64,000 nt of DNA from Candidatus Parcubacteria bacterium (lineage in GTDB: Bacteria > Patescibacteriota > Minisyncoccia > Phycocordibacterales > Zambryskibacteraceae), in assembly GCA_019658995.1 (NCBI GenBank), contig JAIFWN010000001.1, forward strand, positions 20,852 to 84,851, given 5' to 3'. How positions within the stretch are numbered: the stretch's first letter is position 1; each line of letters begins with the position of its first letter. Of this stretch, positions 35,184 through 43,603 are shown piece after piece. A model generated the notes under the pieces. That model saw only the letters and a list, made by a program, of their open reading frames with translations, made no database searches and had not been told where the DNA came from. The translations under genes were made by a program, and so were the position numbers.

Positions 35184-35570
35184 CTACTCCTTCTTGATTT
35201 TCCAGAAATGATTCGGATCTGGTACGAAGACGAGAGCAACGCTCGCGCGAAGCCTGACTTTCACGATCCAGCCGCCCGGAACCCTTGACCTATAAGTCTG
35301 CTCGTCCGGGCGGACGCCGATGGGATAGTAGTCTTCCTGAATCTGTTCCCAAATCGGTGTATCCGTGATGGTCGTGTCTGGGCGGATCAACTTTACGGTG
35401 TCCACCCTGGTTCGGATATGTGAACCCGGACCGCGCGGGATGCGATGACCCTGAGCTTCGAGTATTCCGGCTGAGCCGAGCACGAGCCCGATGAGGACGC
35501 ACAACGTGACCAATCTGCGCAATGGATCTCCTTGAAGTAGGGAACAGAGCAACTGCTTTAATAGTAGCAT
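35184..35570 (-). CDS. Secreted hypothetical protein (128 aa), GC-rich.
   Basis: It has an N-terminal hydrophobic segment and no recognisable family. Confidence 0.4.
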   Translation of the reverse strand: MLLLKQLLCSLLQGDPLRRLVTLCVLIGLVLGSAGILEAQGHRIPRGPGSHIRTRVDTVKLIRPDTTITDTPIWEQIQEDYYPIGVRPDEQTYRSRVPGGWIVKVRLRASVALVFVPDPNHFWKIKKE

Positions 35571-35627
35571 AGATGGTACTTTTTGTCAAGTTAATCTAAC
35601 TTTACCTCAATCAGAAAATGCTGGTAT

Positions 35628-36197
35628 TTGGGCTCAAAATATGCTAAAATAGGGTATATGGTAATTACCAAAGAGGGCCCTAACTCCTTCAAAATCTCCC
35701 AGGGCGATCTTGTCATAGCCGTCAATCCGGAGAGCAAGCTGACATCGACCATTACCCTTTTCAACACGGGTCGCGGAGTTGATGGTGATCGAGCCGGATT
35801 CGTCATCAATGGCCCCGGAGAGTATGAGGTCAGAGACGTTTCTGTAAAAGGTTTTCTCTCCGAGGGCGCCGATAAGAAAATCAACACTATATATATAGTG
35901 AACATTGAGGGTATGAACCTCTGCATACTGGGGAGTCTCACGAGCGCCGAGCTTCCGGCTGAGACTATAGAGTCACTTGAGGATATCGATATACTCTTCA
36001 CTCCGGTAAATGCATACAAGCTGGCTGTCTCACTCGAGCCGAAACTTATAATACCGATGAACTACACCCCCGAAGACCTTAAGAAGTTTTTGAAGGATGC
36101 CGGCGAGGACAGTGTCAATCCGGAGGAGAAACTGGTGGTCAAGAAGAAGGATCTAGATGGCAAGGAAGGAGATATAGTAGTATTGAAAGAGTCATGA
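35628..36197 (+). CDS. Hypothetical protein (189 aa), possibly a degenerate MBL-fold (UPF0173-like) protein lacking the HxHxDH motif.
   Basis: MVITKEGPNSFKISQGDLVIAVNP...IDILFTPVNAYKLAVSLEPKLIIPMNY fits an MBL-fold pattern without the metal-binding His residues. Confidence 0.3.
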   Translation: MGSKYAKIGYMVITKEGPNSFKISQGDLVIAVNPESKLTSTITLFNTGRGVDGDRAGFVINGPGEYEVRDVSVKGFLSEGADKKINTIYIVNIEGMNLCILGSLTSAELPAETIESLEDIDILFTPVNAYKLAVSLEPKLIIPMNYTPEDLKKFLKDAGEDSVNPEEKLVVKKKDLDGKEGDIVVLKES

Positions 36198-36466
36198 AAT
36201 CATACCTGATGTCACTTAGGGGTAAATCTCCGGCGCACAAGAAGCGCTTCTCCTTCCTTGTGGCGGGCGGCACCACTCTCATAATCTTCGTCCTCTGGGC
36301 AACGGTCAAATTCGGCGGCGGGAATAACATCGTAGCCGAGACTACCGGTCCTGTTAACCTTGCCGCCGTATCAGAGTCGGGTATCACTCCGTTTGAAAAT
36401 ATTCTCTCCGGCATCAGACAGAGCTGGAACTCCTTTATAAACATCGGCAGGAATGGCGGACAATAA
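36194..36466 (+). CDS. Small hypothetical membrane protein (90 aa).
   Basis: It has one TM helix ([20 protein letters not shown]). It overlaps neighbours by 4 nt and 14 nt. Confidence 0.35.
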   Translation: MKSYLMSLRGKSPAHKKRFSFLVAGGTTLIIFVLWATVKFGGGNNIVAETTGPVNLAAVSESGITPFENILSGIRQSWNSFINIGRNGGQ

Positions 36467-38888
36467 TCAGCACAACAAAGTCGTCTCGCGCTCGATAGTA
36501 AGCGAGATGAAGGAGTCGTTCATCGACTACGCCATGTCGGTCATCACCGACCGGGCTCTTCCAGATGTGCGTGACGGCCTGAAGCCCGTGCATAGGCGCA
36601 TTCTCTATGCCATGAACCAGATAGGTCTGACTGCCACGGCCAAGACCAGAAAGAGTGCGACGGTAGTCGGAGAAGTGCTCGGCTCTTACCATCCTCACGG
36701 TGATGCCTCCGTGTACGACGCCATGGTCAAGCTCGCACAAGACTTCGCTACGCGCTATCCATTGGTAATAGGGCAGGGTAACTTCGGTTCCATAGACGGC
36801 GACGGAGCCGCCGCATACCGTTACACCGAGGCCAAGATGAGCCGCATCGCCGGGGAACTCCTGGCAAATATAGAGAAGGACACGGTCGACTTCCGTCCCA
36901 ATTACGACGGTACCAAAAGGGAGCCCGTAGTGCTTCCGAGTGCCGCACCCAACCTGCTTCTGAACGGCACTCTCGGTATCGCCGTCGGCATGGCTACAAA
37001 TATCCCGCCGCATAACCTCAATGAGGTGATAGACGCGGCAATACTTCTTATAAATGATCCCGAGGCCACCACCGAAGACCTCCTGGAGTTCGTCAAAGGA
37101 CCGGACTTCCCGACAGGAGGAGTTGTTTTCAATCAGAAAGATATCGCCCACGCCTATGCTACCGGACGCGGCGGCATACTTACCCGCGGCGTGGCGGAAA
37201 TAGTAGACGACGGCAAGATGAATCAGATCGTTATCAGCCAGATTCCATACAGGGTCAATAAGCAAGTCCTGGTGGAAAAGATCGCCGATCTGGTGAGGGA
37301 AAAGAAAGTGGACGGAATCAAGGGTCTTCGGGATGAATCGACCAAAGACATTCGCGTCGTCATCGACCTGAAGCAGGGCAGCCAGCCGCAGAAGGTGCTC
37401 AATGCTCTCTACAAGCACACACAGCTCGAGGAGACCTTCCATGTAAACCTGGTGGCGCTTGTCGACGGCGTGCCGCAGACCATGTCTCTTAAGAGCATGC
37501 TCGTTGAGTTTATAAAGCACAGAGAGCAGGTAGTGCGCAGGCGTACCGTATACGACCTCGCCCAGGCCGAAGCCCGCGAACACATCCTTCTCGGTCTCAA
37601 GAAAGCACTTGATCACATCGACCAGATCGTGAAGCTGATTCGCGCATCCAAAACCGTCGAGGATGCTCGAACCGGGCTGATGAAGGAGTTCAGGTTCTCC
37701 GAGCTCCAGGCAAACGCCATTCTCGAGATGCGTTTGCAGAAGCTCGCGGGACTTGAACGCAAGAAGGTTGAGGACGAACTTAAGGAGGTACAGGCTCTTA
37801 TTGAATACCTTAAGGACCTCCTGGCCTCGCAGAAGAAGATCCGCAATCTGATCAAGGAGGAATTAAACGAAATCCAGAAGAAATACGGCGATGAGCGCCG
37901 CACTAAGGTGGTCAAGGGCGGGGTCAAGATCATATCCGCCGAGGATCTCATACCGGATGAGGAGCAGGCCCTGGTCCTTACCTCCGGCGGATATATCAAG
38001 CGCACTAATCCGGGCGAGTACAAGCGCCAGAAGAGGGGGGGCGTCGGTGTCATCGACCTGGATACAAAAGAAGAGGACTTCGTAACCATTTTCCTCACCG
38101 CATCCACCCACTCGGACCTTCTCTTCTTCACCGACAAGGGCAAGGCCTATCAGGTCAAGATGTACGACATTCCGGAGGGCAAGCGCGCCACGCGGGGCAA
38201 GAGCATCATGAACTTCATATCTCTGAGCGACGATGAGAAGGTCACCTCGATCCTTGCCATGCCCAAAGAACTCAAAAATATCGAGGGTTCTCTCACTCTC
38301 ATAACCAAGCAGGGCACGGGGAAGCGCGTATCGGCAAAGAGTTTCCATGATGTGCGGGCATCGGGCATCATCGCCATACGCTTGGATGCCGGAGACAAGC
38401 TCATATCCGTAACGCATTCGGAAAAGGGCGATGATATTTCCATAGTGACGAGGGAAGGTATGTCCATACGCTTCAAGGAAGGCGATATCCGCGAGATGGG
38501 CAGGGCGGCCGGCGGAGTGCGTGCTATCAAGCTGGATAAAAACGATGAAGTAGTGGCCGCGCATGTCATAAAACCGAAGTGGCAGAACTCCTGTCTCCTG
38601 GTCATAAGCGCCAATGGCTACGGCAAGCGTACCGATCTCTCCGAGTACAAGGTACAGGGCAGAGGCGGCAGCGGGATCCTGACCTCTAAGGTTACGCCAA
38701 AGACAGGCAAGGTTATGGCGTCGCAGATCGTGACGGAAGAGGAGTCGGAAGTGGTGGCAATTTCAAAAAAGTCTCAGGTAGTGCGGGTGGATATTAAAGA
38801 AATTCCGGTTCTCGGCCGCTCGACCCAGGGTGTGCGTATCATGAAGCTCCGCGAAGGCGACTCTCTGGCTTCGCTTATCTGTTTATAA
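36453..38888 (+). CDS. gyrA: DNA gyrase subunit A.
   Basis: [34 protein letters not shown] (with the active-site Tyr region), the QRDR-like segment and C-terminal beta-pinwheel repeats are present. Confidence 0.95.
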   Translation: MADNNQHNKVVSRSIVSEMKESFIDYAMSVITDRALPDVRDGLKPVHRRILYAMNQIGLTATAKTRKSATVVGEVLGSYHPHGDASVYDAMVKLAQDFATRYPLVIGQGNFGSIDGDGAAAYRYTEAKMSRIAGELLANIEKDTVDFRPNYDGTKREPVVLPSAAPNLLLNGTLGIAVGMATNIPPHNLNEVIDAAILLINDPEATTEDLLEFVKGPDFPTGGVVFNQKDIAHAYATGRGGILTRGVAEIVDDGKMNQIVISQIPYRVNKQVLVEKIADLVREKKVDGIKGLRDESTKDIRVVIDLKQGSQPQKVLNALYKHTQLEETFHVNLVALVDGVPQTMSLKSMLVEFIKHREQVVRRRTVYDLAQAEAREHILLGLKKALDHIDQIVKLIRASKTVEDARTGLMKEFRFSELQANAILEMRLQKLAGLERKKVEDELKEVQALIEYLKDLLASQKKIRNLIKEELNEIQKKYGDERRTKVVKGGVKIISAEDLIPDEEQALVLTSGGYIKRTNPGEYKRQKRGGVGVIDLDTKEEDFVTIFLTASTHSDLLFFTDKGKAYQVKMYDIPEGKRATRGKSIMNFISLSDDEKVTSILAMPKELKNIEGSLTLITKQGTGKRVSAKSFHDVRASGIIAIRLDAGDKLISVTHSEKGDDISIVTREGMSIRFKEGDIREMGRAAGGVRAIKLDKNDEVVAAHVIKPKWQNSCLLVISANGYGKRTDLSEYKVQGRGGSGILTSKVTPKTGKVMASQIVTEEESEVVAISKKSQVVRVDIKEIPVLGRSTQGVRIMKLREGDSLASLICL

Positions 38889-38889
38889 A

Positions 38890-38918
38890 ATAAAAAGCCC
38901 GAGCATTTCTGCTCGGGG
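38890..38918. terminator. Hairpin terminator shared by gyrA (plus) and the 38940-39392 gene (minus).
   Basis: The stem cccgagca/tgctcggg (38898-38917) has a loop tttc. An A-tract lies upstream on the plus strand, which is a U-tract on the minus strand. Confidence 0.55.
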
Positions 38919-38939
38919 TGATGCCGGATTCGGAGTCCG

Positions 38940-39392
38940 TTACTTGCGGGAGAGCTTGACGGTCTGAGACGCGCTGTCGACGACTGCCGCTCCGCTCGCT
39001 TTGTAGCATTTGAAGATGGCGACCTTCTCCTCGCCGGCCTTCGGATACCAGGGGTGACCCTCGGATATCGCAACCGACTTGTAGGCCGCGCCGTCCTTGA
39101 AGTTGATGCCGATCTCGCGGCCAGTTGGTGTCTGAACCAGGCATGCCGACGCCCAGTCGGGCTTCGGCAACGAGACGACGTATGGCTTGCCCTCGTGCAA
39201 ATCGAGCAGCTTGTCGCCGGCCGGGTCGGCACGGAAGGATGCGAGAGGGCTTGTCTGGCCAACAACTTCGGCTGTGACATTCATCGCGAGCTTTGCCTGC
39301 TGTCCCTGGGCCGGGATGGCGAAGAGCGAGAGAATGCCGAGCGAGCCAGTGAAGCAGAGAAGTGCGAAATTACGCTGACGCTTGGAAAGCAT
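38940..39392 (-). CDS. Secreted hypothetical protein (150 aa), GC-rich.
   Basis: The signal peptide is MLSKRQRNFALLCFTGSLGILSLFAIPAQG. Confidence 0.4.
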   Translation of the reverse strand: MLSKRQRNFALLCFTGSLGILSLFAIPAQGQQAKLAMNVTAEVVGQTSPLASFRADPAGDKLLDLHEGKPYVVSLPKPDWASACLVQTPTGREIGINFKDGAAYKSVAISEGHPWYPKAGEEKVAIFKCYKASGAAVVDSASQTVKLSRK

Positions 39393-39517
39393 TTCAGTTC
39401 TCCTGTGTCGAATGGTACATGCCGCAGATGAAGACGTATGAGCTTCAGCCTGCTTACTCTTGGTATTATATCACTAACTGATATTTTGTCAAATCAGATA
39501 AGAATAGCCTGTAGCTC

Positions 39518-40078
39518 TTGTATAATGAATGCATAATGTTCAGCGATCCTGAGAAAAATGTTTTGGAATTCGGTTTCATTCCCGGTCAGAAGGTGGTCGA
39601 TCTGGGGAGCGGAGCGGGACACTATGCCGCCGCGCTGTCGCGCCTCCTCGGTCCATCAGGAAGGGTCTACGCCGTGGATATCGATAAAGATATGTTGGTT
39701 AAGATTAAGAACGATTCGGCCAGAGAGGGCAGGGACAACATTGAGGTTATCTGGGGCGATATTGAGAAGGTGAGCGGTACTAAGCTCCGAGACAATGTGG
39801 CCGATGGGGCCGTCTTCTCCAATATCCTCTTCCAGCTCGATGACAAGGCCGGCGCGGTTGCCGAGGCTAAGAGAGTCATTAAGCCCGGCGGAAGAATTTG
39901 TGTCGTAGAGTGGGCCGATCTCTCGTTTCTCAAGAACACTCTGAGCTCGCAAAAGAAGGAACCGGTCACGGAGCCGGCATCCAGGGAACTTTTCGCATCA
40001 GCGGGGGTAACCTTCGAAAGATCTTTCGATGCGGGGGAGAGCCACTATGGCGCAATCTTCCGTAAGCCTCTACAATAA
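39518..40078 (+). CDS. Class I SAM-dependent methyltransferase.
   Basis: Motif I VVDLGSGAGHYA and motif post-I VYAVDID are present. The alternative start at 39536 (MFSDPE) would leave a TATAAT at 39521-39526 as the -10 element. Confidence 0.7.
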   Translation: MYNECIMFSDPEKNVLEFGFIPGQKVVDLGSGAGHYAAALSRLLGPSGRVYAVDIDKDMLVKIKNDSAREGRDNIEVIWGDIEKVSGTKLRDNVADGAVFSNILFQLDDKAGAVAEAKRVIKPGGRICVVEWADLSFLKNTLSSQKKEPVTEPASRELFASAGVTFERSFDAGESHYGAIFRKPLQ

Positions 40079-40083
40079 TACTA

Positions 40084-41367
40084 ATGAGTAAGTTCCAGAT
40101 AGGTCTTCTTGTGGTATTCGGGGTTTTCATACTCCTCGCGGTCATTCTCTTCTCCACTAATCGCGGCTCCTCTGTAGACGGCGCCAAGCTTTCAGTATGG
40201 GGTACTCTCTCCGAATACGACTTTAACAATATGATCACGAATTCGGGCCTGGGCAGGAGTGATACTCTGTCCTTCTCTTATACCGAGAAGCCGGAAGGCA
40301 AGCTCTCCGCCGACTTCACCGAGGCTCTGGCCGAAGGAAACGGGCCGGATCTCATAATTTTACCGCTCGAAAACCTTCTCAAGGATAAAAACAAGCTGAT
40401 GCTCATCCCCAATGCAAGCGTCAAACCATCGGATTTCGTATCCACTTTCATAAAGGAGGGCGAGCTCTTCGAGACAGCCGAGGGTACGTACGCCCTGCCG
40501 ATGTATATTGACCCGATGGTTCTATATTGGAACCGGGATCTTTTTGCCAAAGCTTCACTGGCTACACCGCCCGTGTATTGGGATCAGATCTATGATTATA
40601 TTTCCAAACTGACGGTCCGCGACAATGCCGGTAATATCACCCAATCCGCTATCGCTCTCGGCGAGGCTAAAAATATTCCCCATGCCAAGGAGGTTCTCTC
40701 GCTTCTCATGCTTCAGGCCGGCACTCCCATAGTTATAGACTCGGGTATCGGACTCCGCGCCGGCCTCATCGACAGCTTCGGACAGTCTGTGATACCGGCC
40801 CAGGCCGCTCTGGACTTCTACACCCAGTTCGCCAATCCGCAGAAGTCCTTCTATGGCTGGAACCGCTCTCTCGTCACAGCCGATACTCACTTTGCCTCTG
40901 GCAAGAGCGCCATGTACCTCGGCTTCGCCAGTGAGCGGCCGGTGCTCAAGGCCAAGAACCCGACGGCCGACATCGCTGTTGCTCCGGTGCCGCAGTCGCG
41001 CGTAAGCAGCAAGGTCATAACATTCGGACGTATTTATGGTGTAGCTATAGCAAGGAGTGCCAGGGACGGCGCGGCAGCTCTCTCGGGTGTCCTGGCTCTC
41101 GCTAGCAAGGAGAGCGCGGCTGCCCTCTCTGGCGCGACACCGCTTGTACCCGCCCGCCGCGACCTTCTTTCTCAAAAACCGGTTGACCCATTCGGTTCGG
41201 TCTTCTACGGGGCGGCTCTCCAAGCCCGCGGCTGGCTCGATCCGGATTCTGATAAGAGCCAGAAGATTTTTACCGACATGATCGAGTCGGTTACCTCCGG
41301 CCGCCAGAGAGTGGAAGAAGCGGTTAGGACAGCCCAGTCGGCGCTCGATGCCTTACTTTCAAAATAA
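40084..41367 (+). CDS. Membrane-anchored extracellular solute-binding-protein-like protein (427 aa).
   Basis: An N-terminal TM anchor is followed by a periplasmic-binding-protein-like alpha/beta pattern. The family assignment is tentative. Confidence 0.4.
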   Translation: MSKFQIGLLVVFGVFILLAVILFSTNRGSSVDGAKLSVWGTLSEYDFNNMITNSGLGRSDTLSFSYTEKPEGKLSADFTEALAEGNGPDLIILPLENLLKDKNKLMLIPNASVKPSDFVSTFIKEGELFETAEGTYALPMYIDPMVLYWNRDLFAKASLATPPVYWDQIYDYISKLTVRDNAGNITQSAIALGEAKNIPHAKEVLSLLMLQAGTPIVIDSGIGLRAGLIDSFGQSVIPAQAALDFYTQFANPQKSFYGWNRSLVTADTHFASGKSAMYLGFASERPVLKAKNPTADIAVAPVPQSRVSSKVITFGRIYGVAIARSARDGAAALSGVLALASKESAAALSGATPLVPARRDLLSQKPVDPFGSVFYGAALQARGWLDPDSDKSQKIFTDMIESVTSGRQRVEEAVRTAQSALDALLSK

Positions 41368-41372
41368 TATGA

Positions 41373-41454
41373 ATCCCGTTAGAAGCTCGCACAGAACATG
41401 AAAAGTAGATATTCTTTTACTATGATTTTTATAAGAAATAGCTTCTAACGGGAT
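41373..41454. repeat. 15-bp perfect inverted repeat flanking a 52-bp AT-rich spacer. The right arm contains the start codon of the first pilin-like gene.
   Basis: The left arm atcccgttagaagct is at 41373-41387 and the right arm agcttctaacgggat at 41440-41454. The ATG at 41453 lies inside the right arm. Confidence 0.6.
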
Positions 41455-41785
41455 GAATCAACTAGCCGCAATCTGGCAGCCTCTCATTGTCTGTGATGGC
41501 ACACGTGCGGATCCGTGCACTTTCGCAAGTCTCATTAAGCTTACCCAGGTCATCATAAATGACCTCATAGTCATATCGACCGTCCTTGCCACTATCGCTT
41601 TCATCATCATCGGCTTCACTCTTCTTACTTCAGGTGGTGACACTGGCGCATGGAAAAAGGCTAGGGAAAGGTTCTTCAGTGTGGTCGTAGGCTATGTGTG
41701 GATACTGGCGGCATGGCTCATAGTCTATACTATAACCAGCGTGCTTCTGAACAGCGGCTACTCGATCCTGGGATCGCCAAAATAA
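41453..41785 (+). CDS. TrbC/VirB2-like small two-helix membrane protein, paralog 1 of 6.
   Basis: LIKLTQVIINDLIVISTVLATIAFIIIGFTLLTSGGDTGAWKKARERFFSVVVGYVWILAAWLIVY shows two hydrophobic helices separated by a short Gly/charged loop. Confidence 0.5.
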   Translation: MNQLAAIWQPLIVCDGTRADPCTFASLIKLTQVIINDLIVISTVLATIAFIIIGFTLLTSGGDTGAWKKARERFFSVVVGYVWILAAWLIVYTITSVLLNSGYSILGSPK

Positions 41786-42219
41786 TGAAAAAATATACAA
41801 AATACATTCTGGTCATGTCTGTCATCTCCGTGGTTTTCGCCGCTAATGTCTATGCAGTGAACCCGCCTAATCAGGATGATGGGGGAGGAAGGGCGGGAGA
41901 TGACGGCGGCGGCAGGACCGCCGTAAATCTGAAGATCGAGAACCCATTCAAGTGCTCCGGCAGTGAGTCTCAGTGCGGCAGTCTCATCAATCTTTTCAAA
42001 ACAATCGTGGAGAAGGTACTGCTTCCCATTGGCGGTGTAGCGGCTGTAGTCTCCTTTATCTGGTCGGGCTTCCTCTTCGTTACGGCGCAGGGTGAACCTG
42101 CCAAAATTCAGACTGCCAAAAACGCTCTTCTCTACACTGCCATAGGCACGGCGGTGCTCCTGGGAGCTGTGGCTATAGCCACTATTATCGACAACACCAT
42201 AAGTGCTCTCCAAACCTGA
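41785..42219 (+). CDS. TrbC/VirB2-like protein, paralog 2, with a signal peptide.
   Basis: The signal peptide is MKKYTKYILVMSVISVVFAANVYA. The core is LINLFKTIVEKVLLPIGGVAAVVSFIWSGFLFVTAQGEPAKIQTAKNALLYTAIGTAVLLGAVAIATII. TAATG stop/start overlap. Confidence 0.5.
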   Translation: MKKYTKYILVMSVISVVFAANVYAVNPPNQDDGGGRAGDDGGGRTAVNLKIENPFKCSGSESQCGSLINLFKTIVEKVLLPIGGVAAVVSFIWSGFLFVTAQGEPAKIQTAKNALLYTAIGTAVLLGAVAIATIIDNTISALQT

Positions 42220-42509
42220 TGCCGCGTACTTTCGCAGAACTCATAGAAGTGTTTCTCCGTCTGATCGGTCTCCTTTTGCCTCTTCTTATCGCCCTGGCAT
42301 TTCTTGTATTCGTCTGGGGTATCGCCAAGTTCATCGCCAGGTCCGAAGATTCCAAGAGCCATGAGGAAGGCAAGAGCCTCATAAAGTGGGGATTGGTAGG
42401 TCTCTTCGTAATGTTATCATTTATGGGGATCATCCGGTTATTCTACGAGGATATCGGATTCAGCAGGTTCGGATTGCCGCTTCTGCCGCCTTATCACATC
42501 GCAAAATAA
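42219..42509 (+). CDS. TrbC/VirB2-like protein, paralog 3.
   Basis: LIEVFLRLIGLLLPLLIALAFLVFVWGIAKFIARSEDSKSHEEGKSLIKWGLVGLFVMLSFMGIIRLF. TGATG overlap. Confidence 0.5.
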   Translation: MPRTFAELIEVFLRLIGLLLPLLIALAFLVFVWGIAKFIARSEDSKSHEEGKSLIKWGLVGLFVMLSFMGIIRLFYEDIGFSRFGLPLLPPYHIAK

Positions 42510-42862
42510 TGAAAAAAATAACAAAGTTAAATATAATCACAGGCACGCTGCTCTCTCTTCCATTGGCCGCCTGGGCACAACAAAGTCAGGTTTTAAACCT
42601 AATAGAGTACATAATGGATATCGTTGAAAATCTCATTATTCTGGCTGCGGCTCTCGCTCTTCTTGCCTTCATGTGGGGTCTTACCAGGTTTATTTTCAAG
42701 GTCGGGGGTGATGAGAAGGCTATCGAACAAGGTAAGAATCTAATGAAGTGGGGCCTCATAGCCCTCTTCGTGATGATGTCGGTCTGGGGGATCATCAGAT
42801 TCTTCCAGGATGAGTTTGAGCTGGATAACTCTGCACTCGATATCAATTTCCCCATAAGGTAG
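42509..42862 (+). CDS. TrbC/VirB2-like protein, paralog 4, with a signal peptide.
   Basis: The signal peptide is MKKITKLNIITGTLLSLPLAAWA. The core is LNLIEYIMDIVENLIILAAALALLAFMWGLTRFIFKVGGDEKAIEQGKNLMKWGLIALFVMMSVWGIIRFF. TAATG overlap. Confidence 0.5.
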   Translation: MKKITKLNIITGTLLSLPLAAWAQQSQVLNLIEYIMDIVENLIILAAALALLAFMWGLTRFIFKVGGDEKAIEQGKNLMKWGLIALFVMMSVWGIIRFFQDEFELDNSALDINFPIR

Positions 42863-42889
42863 CTCTTAGGAGCCTCGTGGATAGCTGTG

Positions 42890-42917
42890 TTGTAAACTCT
42901 CTATGGTAGAGTATCAT
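42890..42917 (+). promoter_or_regulatory. Promoter-like TTGTAA, 16-nt spacer, TATCAT upstream of pilin-like paralog 5.
   Basis: The -35 element is at 42890-42895 and the -10 at 42912-42917. Confidence 0.35.
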
Positions 42918-42965
42918 TGAGACATACCAACAGGTATATTAAAAATAACAAGTTATAGAGACTTA

Positions 42966-43325
42966 ATGAAAAAGCTTATTTACGCTTCGATCGCGCTTAC
43001 TCCGGCTCTGAGCTTCGCCCAGACCAGCGGTACGCCGACCCTGGGCAACCTCCAGGTACTCCTCAACTCCATCCAGAACCTCGTCAAGCTGGCCCTTCCG
43101 ATAGTTATCGGCCTCGCTCTTCTCGGATTCTTCTGGGGCTTGATGAAGTTCATCTTCTCCGCGGGCAACGAGGAGTCCAAAGCCGACGGCAAGAAGATCA
43201 TGATCTACGGAGTTATCGCTCTCTTCGTGATGGTTTCGGTGTGGGGTCTCGTCAACTTCATAGGCGGTTCTCTCGGAGTCGGCCAGGGAGGCACGGCACC
43301 GGTCCCGACGGTCAACGGTCTCTAA
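42966..43325 (+). CDS. TrbC/VirB2-like protein, paralog 5, with a signal peptide.
   Basis: The signal peptide is MKKLIYASIALTPALSFA. The core LQVLLNSIQNLVKLALPIVIGLALLGFFWGLMKFIFSAGNEESKADGKKIMIYGVIALFVMVSVWGLVNF is closest in layout to Agrobacterium VirB2 (L..L...VPII...ILL..GIAYAGRFI..D...RWSIGVIIAGSAV). Confidence 0.55.
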   Translation: MKKLIYASIALTPALSFAQTSGTPTLGNLQVLLNSIQNLVKLALPIVIGLALLGFFWGLMKFIFSAGNEESKADGKKIMIYGVIALFVMVSVWGLVNFIGGSLGVGQGGTAPVPTVNGL

Positions 43326-43336
43326 GATAGACAGGG

Positions 43337-43603
43337 ATGGATATCTCCTCCTTCCTCGACAAGGTTAATGCTCTTATCATTAACCCGATCATTGTTCTTC
43401 TCTTCGCCATTGCTTTCCTCGTCTTCTTCTTCGGCATCTTCCAGTTTGTAGGCTCGGCGGGGGAGAGCGGCGAGAGAGACAAGGGCAAGAAGAAGATTAT
43501 GTACGGTCTTATAGGAATGTTCATCATGTTCAGTGCCTACGGGCTTATCCGCCTGGTGCTCGGCACGTTCGGTATAAACGCACCATCTTACATCAACCGT
43601 TAA
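43337..43603 (+). CDS. TrbC/VirB2-like protein, paralog 6.
   Basis: LDKVNALIINPIIVLLFAIAFLVFFFGIFQFVGSAGESGERDKGKKKIMYGLIGMFIMFSAYGLIRLV. Confidence 0.5.
   Translation: MDISSFLDKVNALIINPIIVLLFAIAFLVFFFGIFQFVGSAGESGERDKGKKKIMYGLIGMFIMFSAYGLIRLVLGTFGINAPSYINR

Noticed and set aside
36435-38564. Long minus-strand ORFs (393 aa, 176 aa, 233 aa, 154 aa)
   Set aside because: They are all antisense to gyrA, which is unambiguous over 811 aa. They are shadow ORFs in a GC-biased coding region.
41453-43603. Considered type IV (PilA/ComGC-type) pilins for the six small paralogs
   Set aside because: They have no class III prepilin leader (G/FTLIE). Signal peptides are Sec-type or absent, and the two-helix hairpin layout fits VirB2/TrbC rather than T4P pilins.
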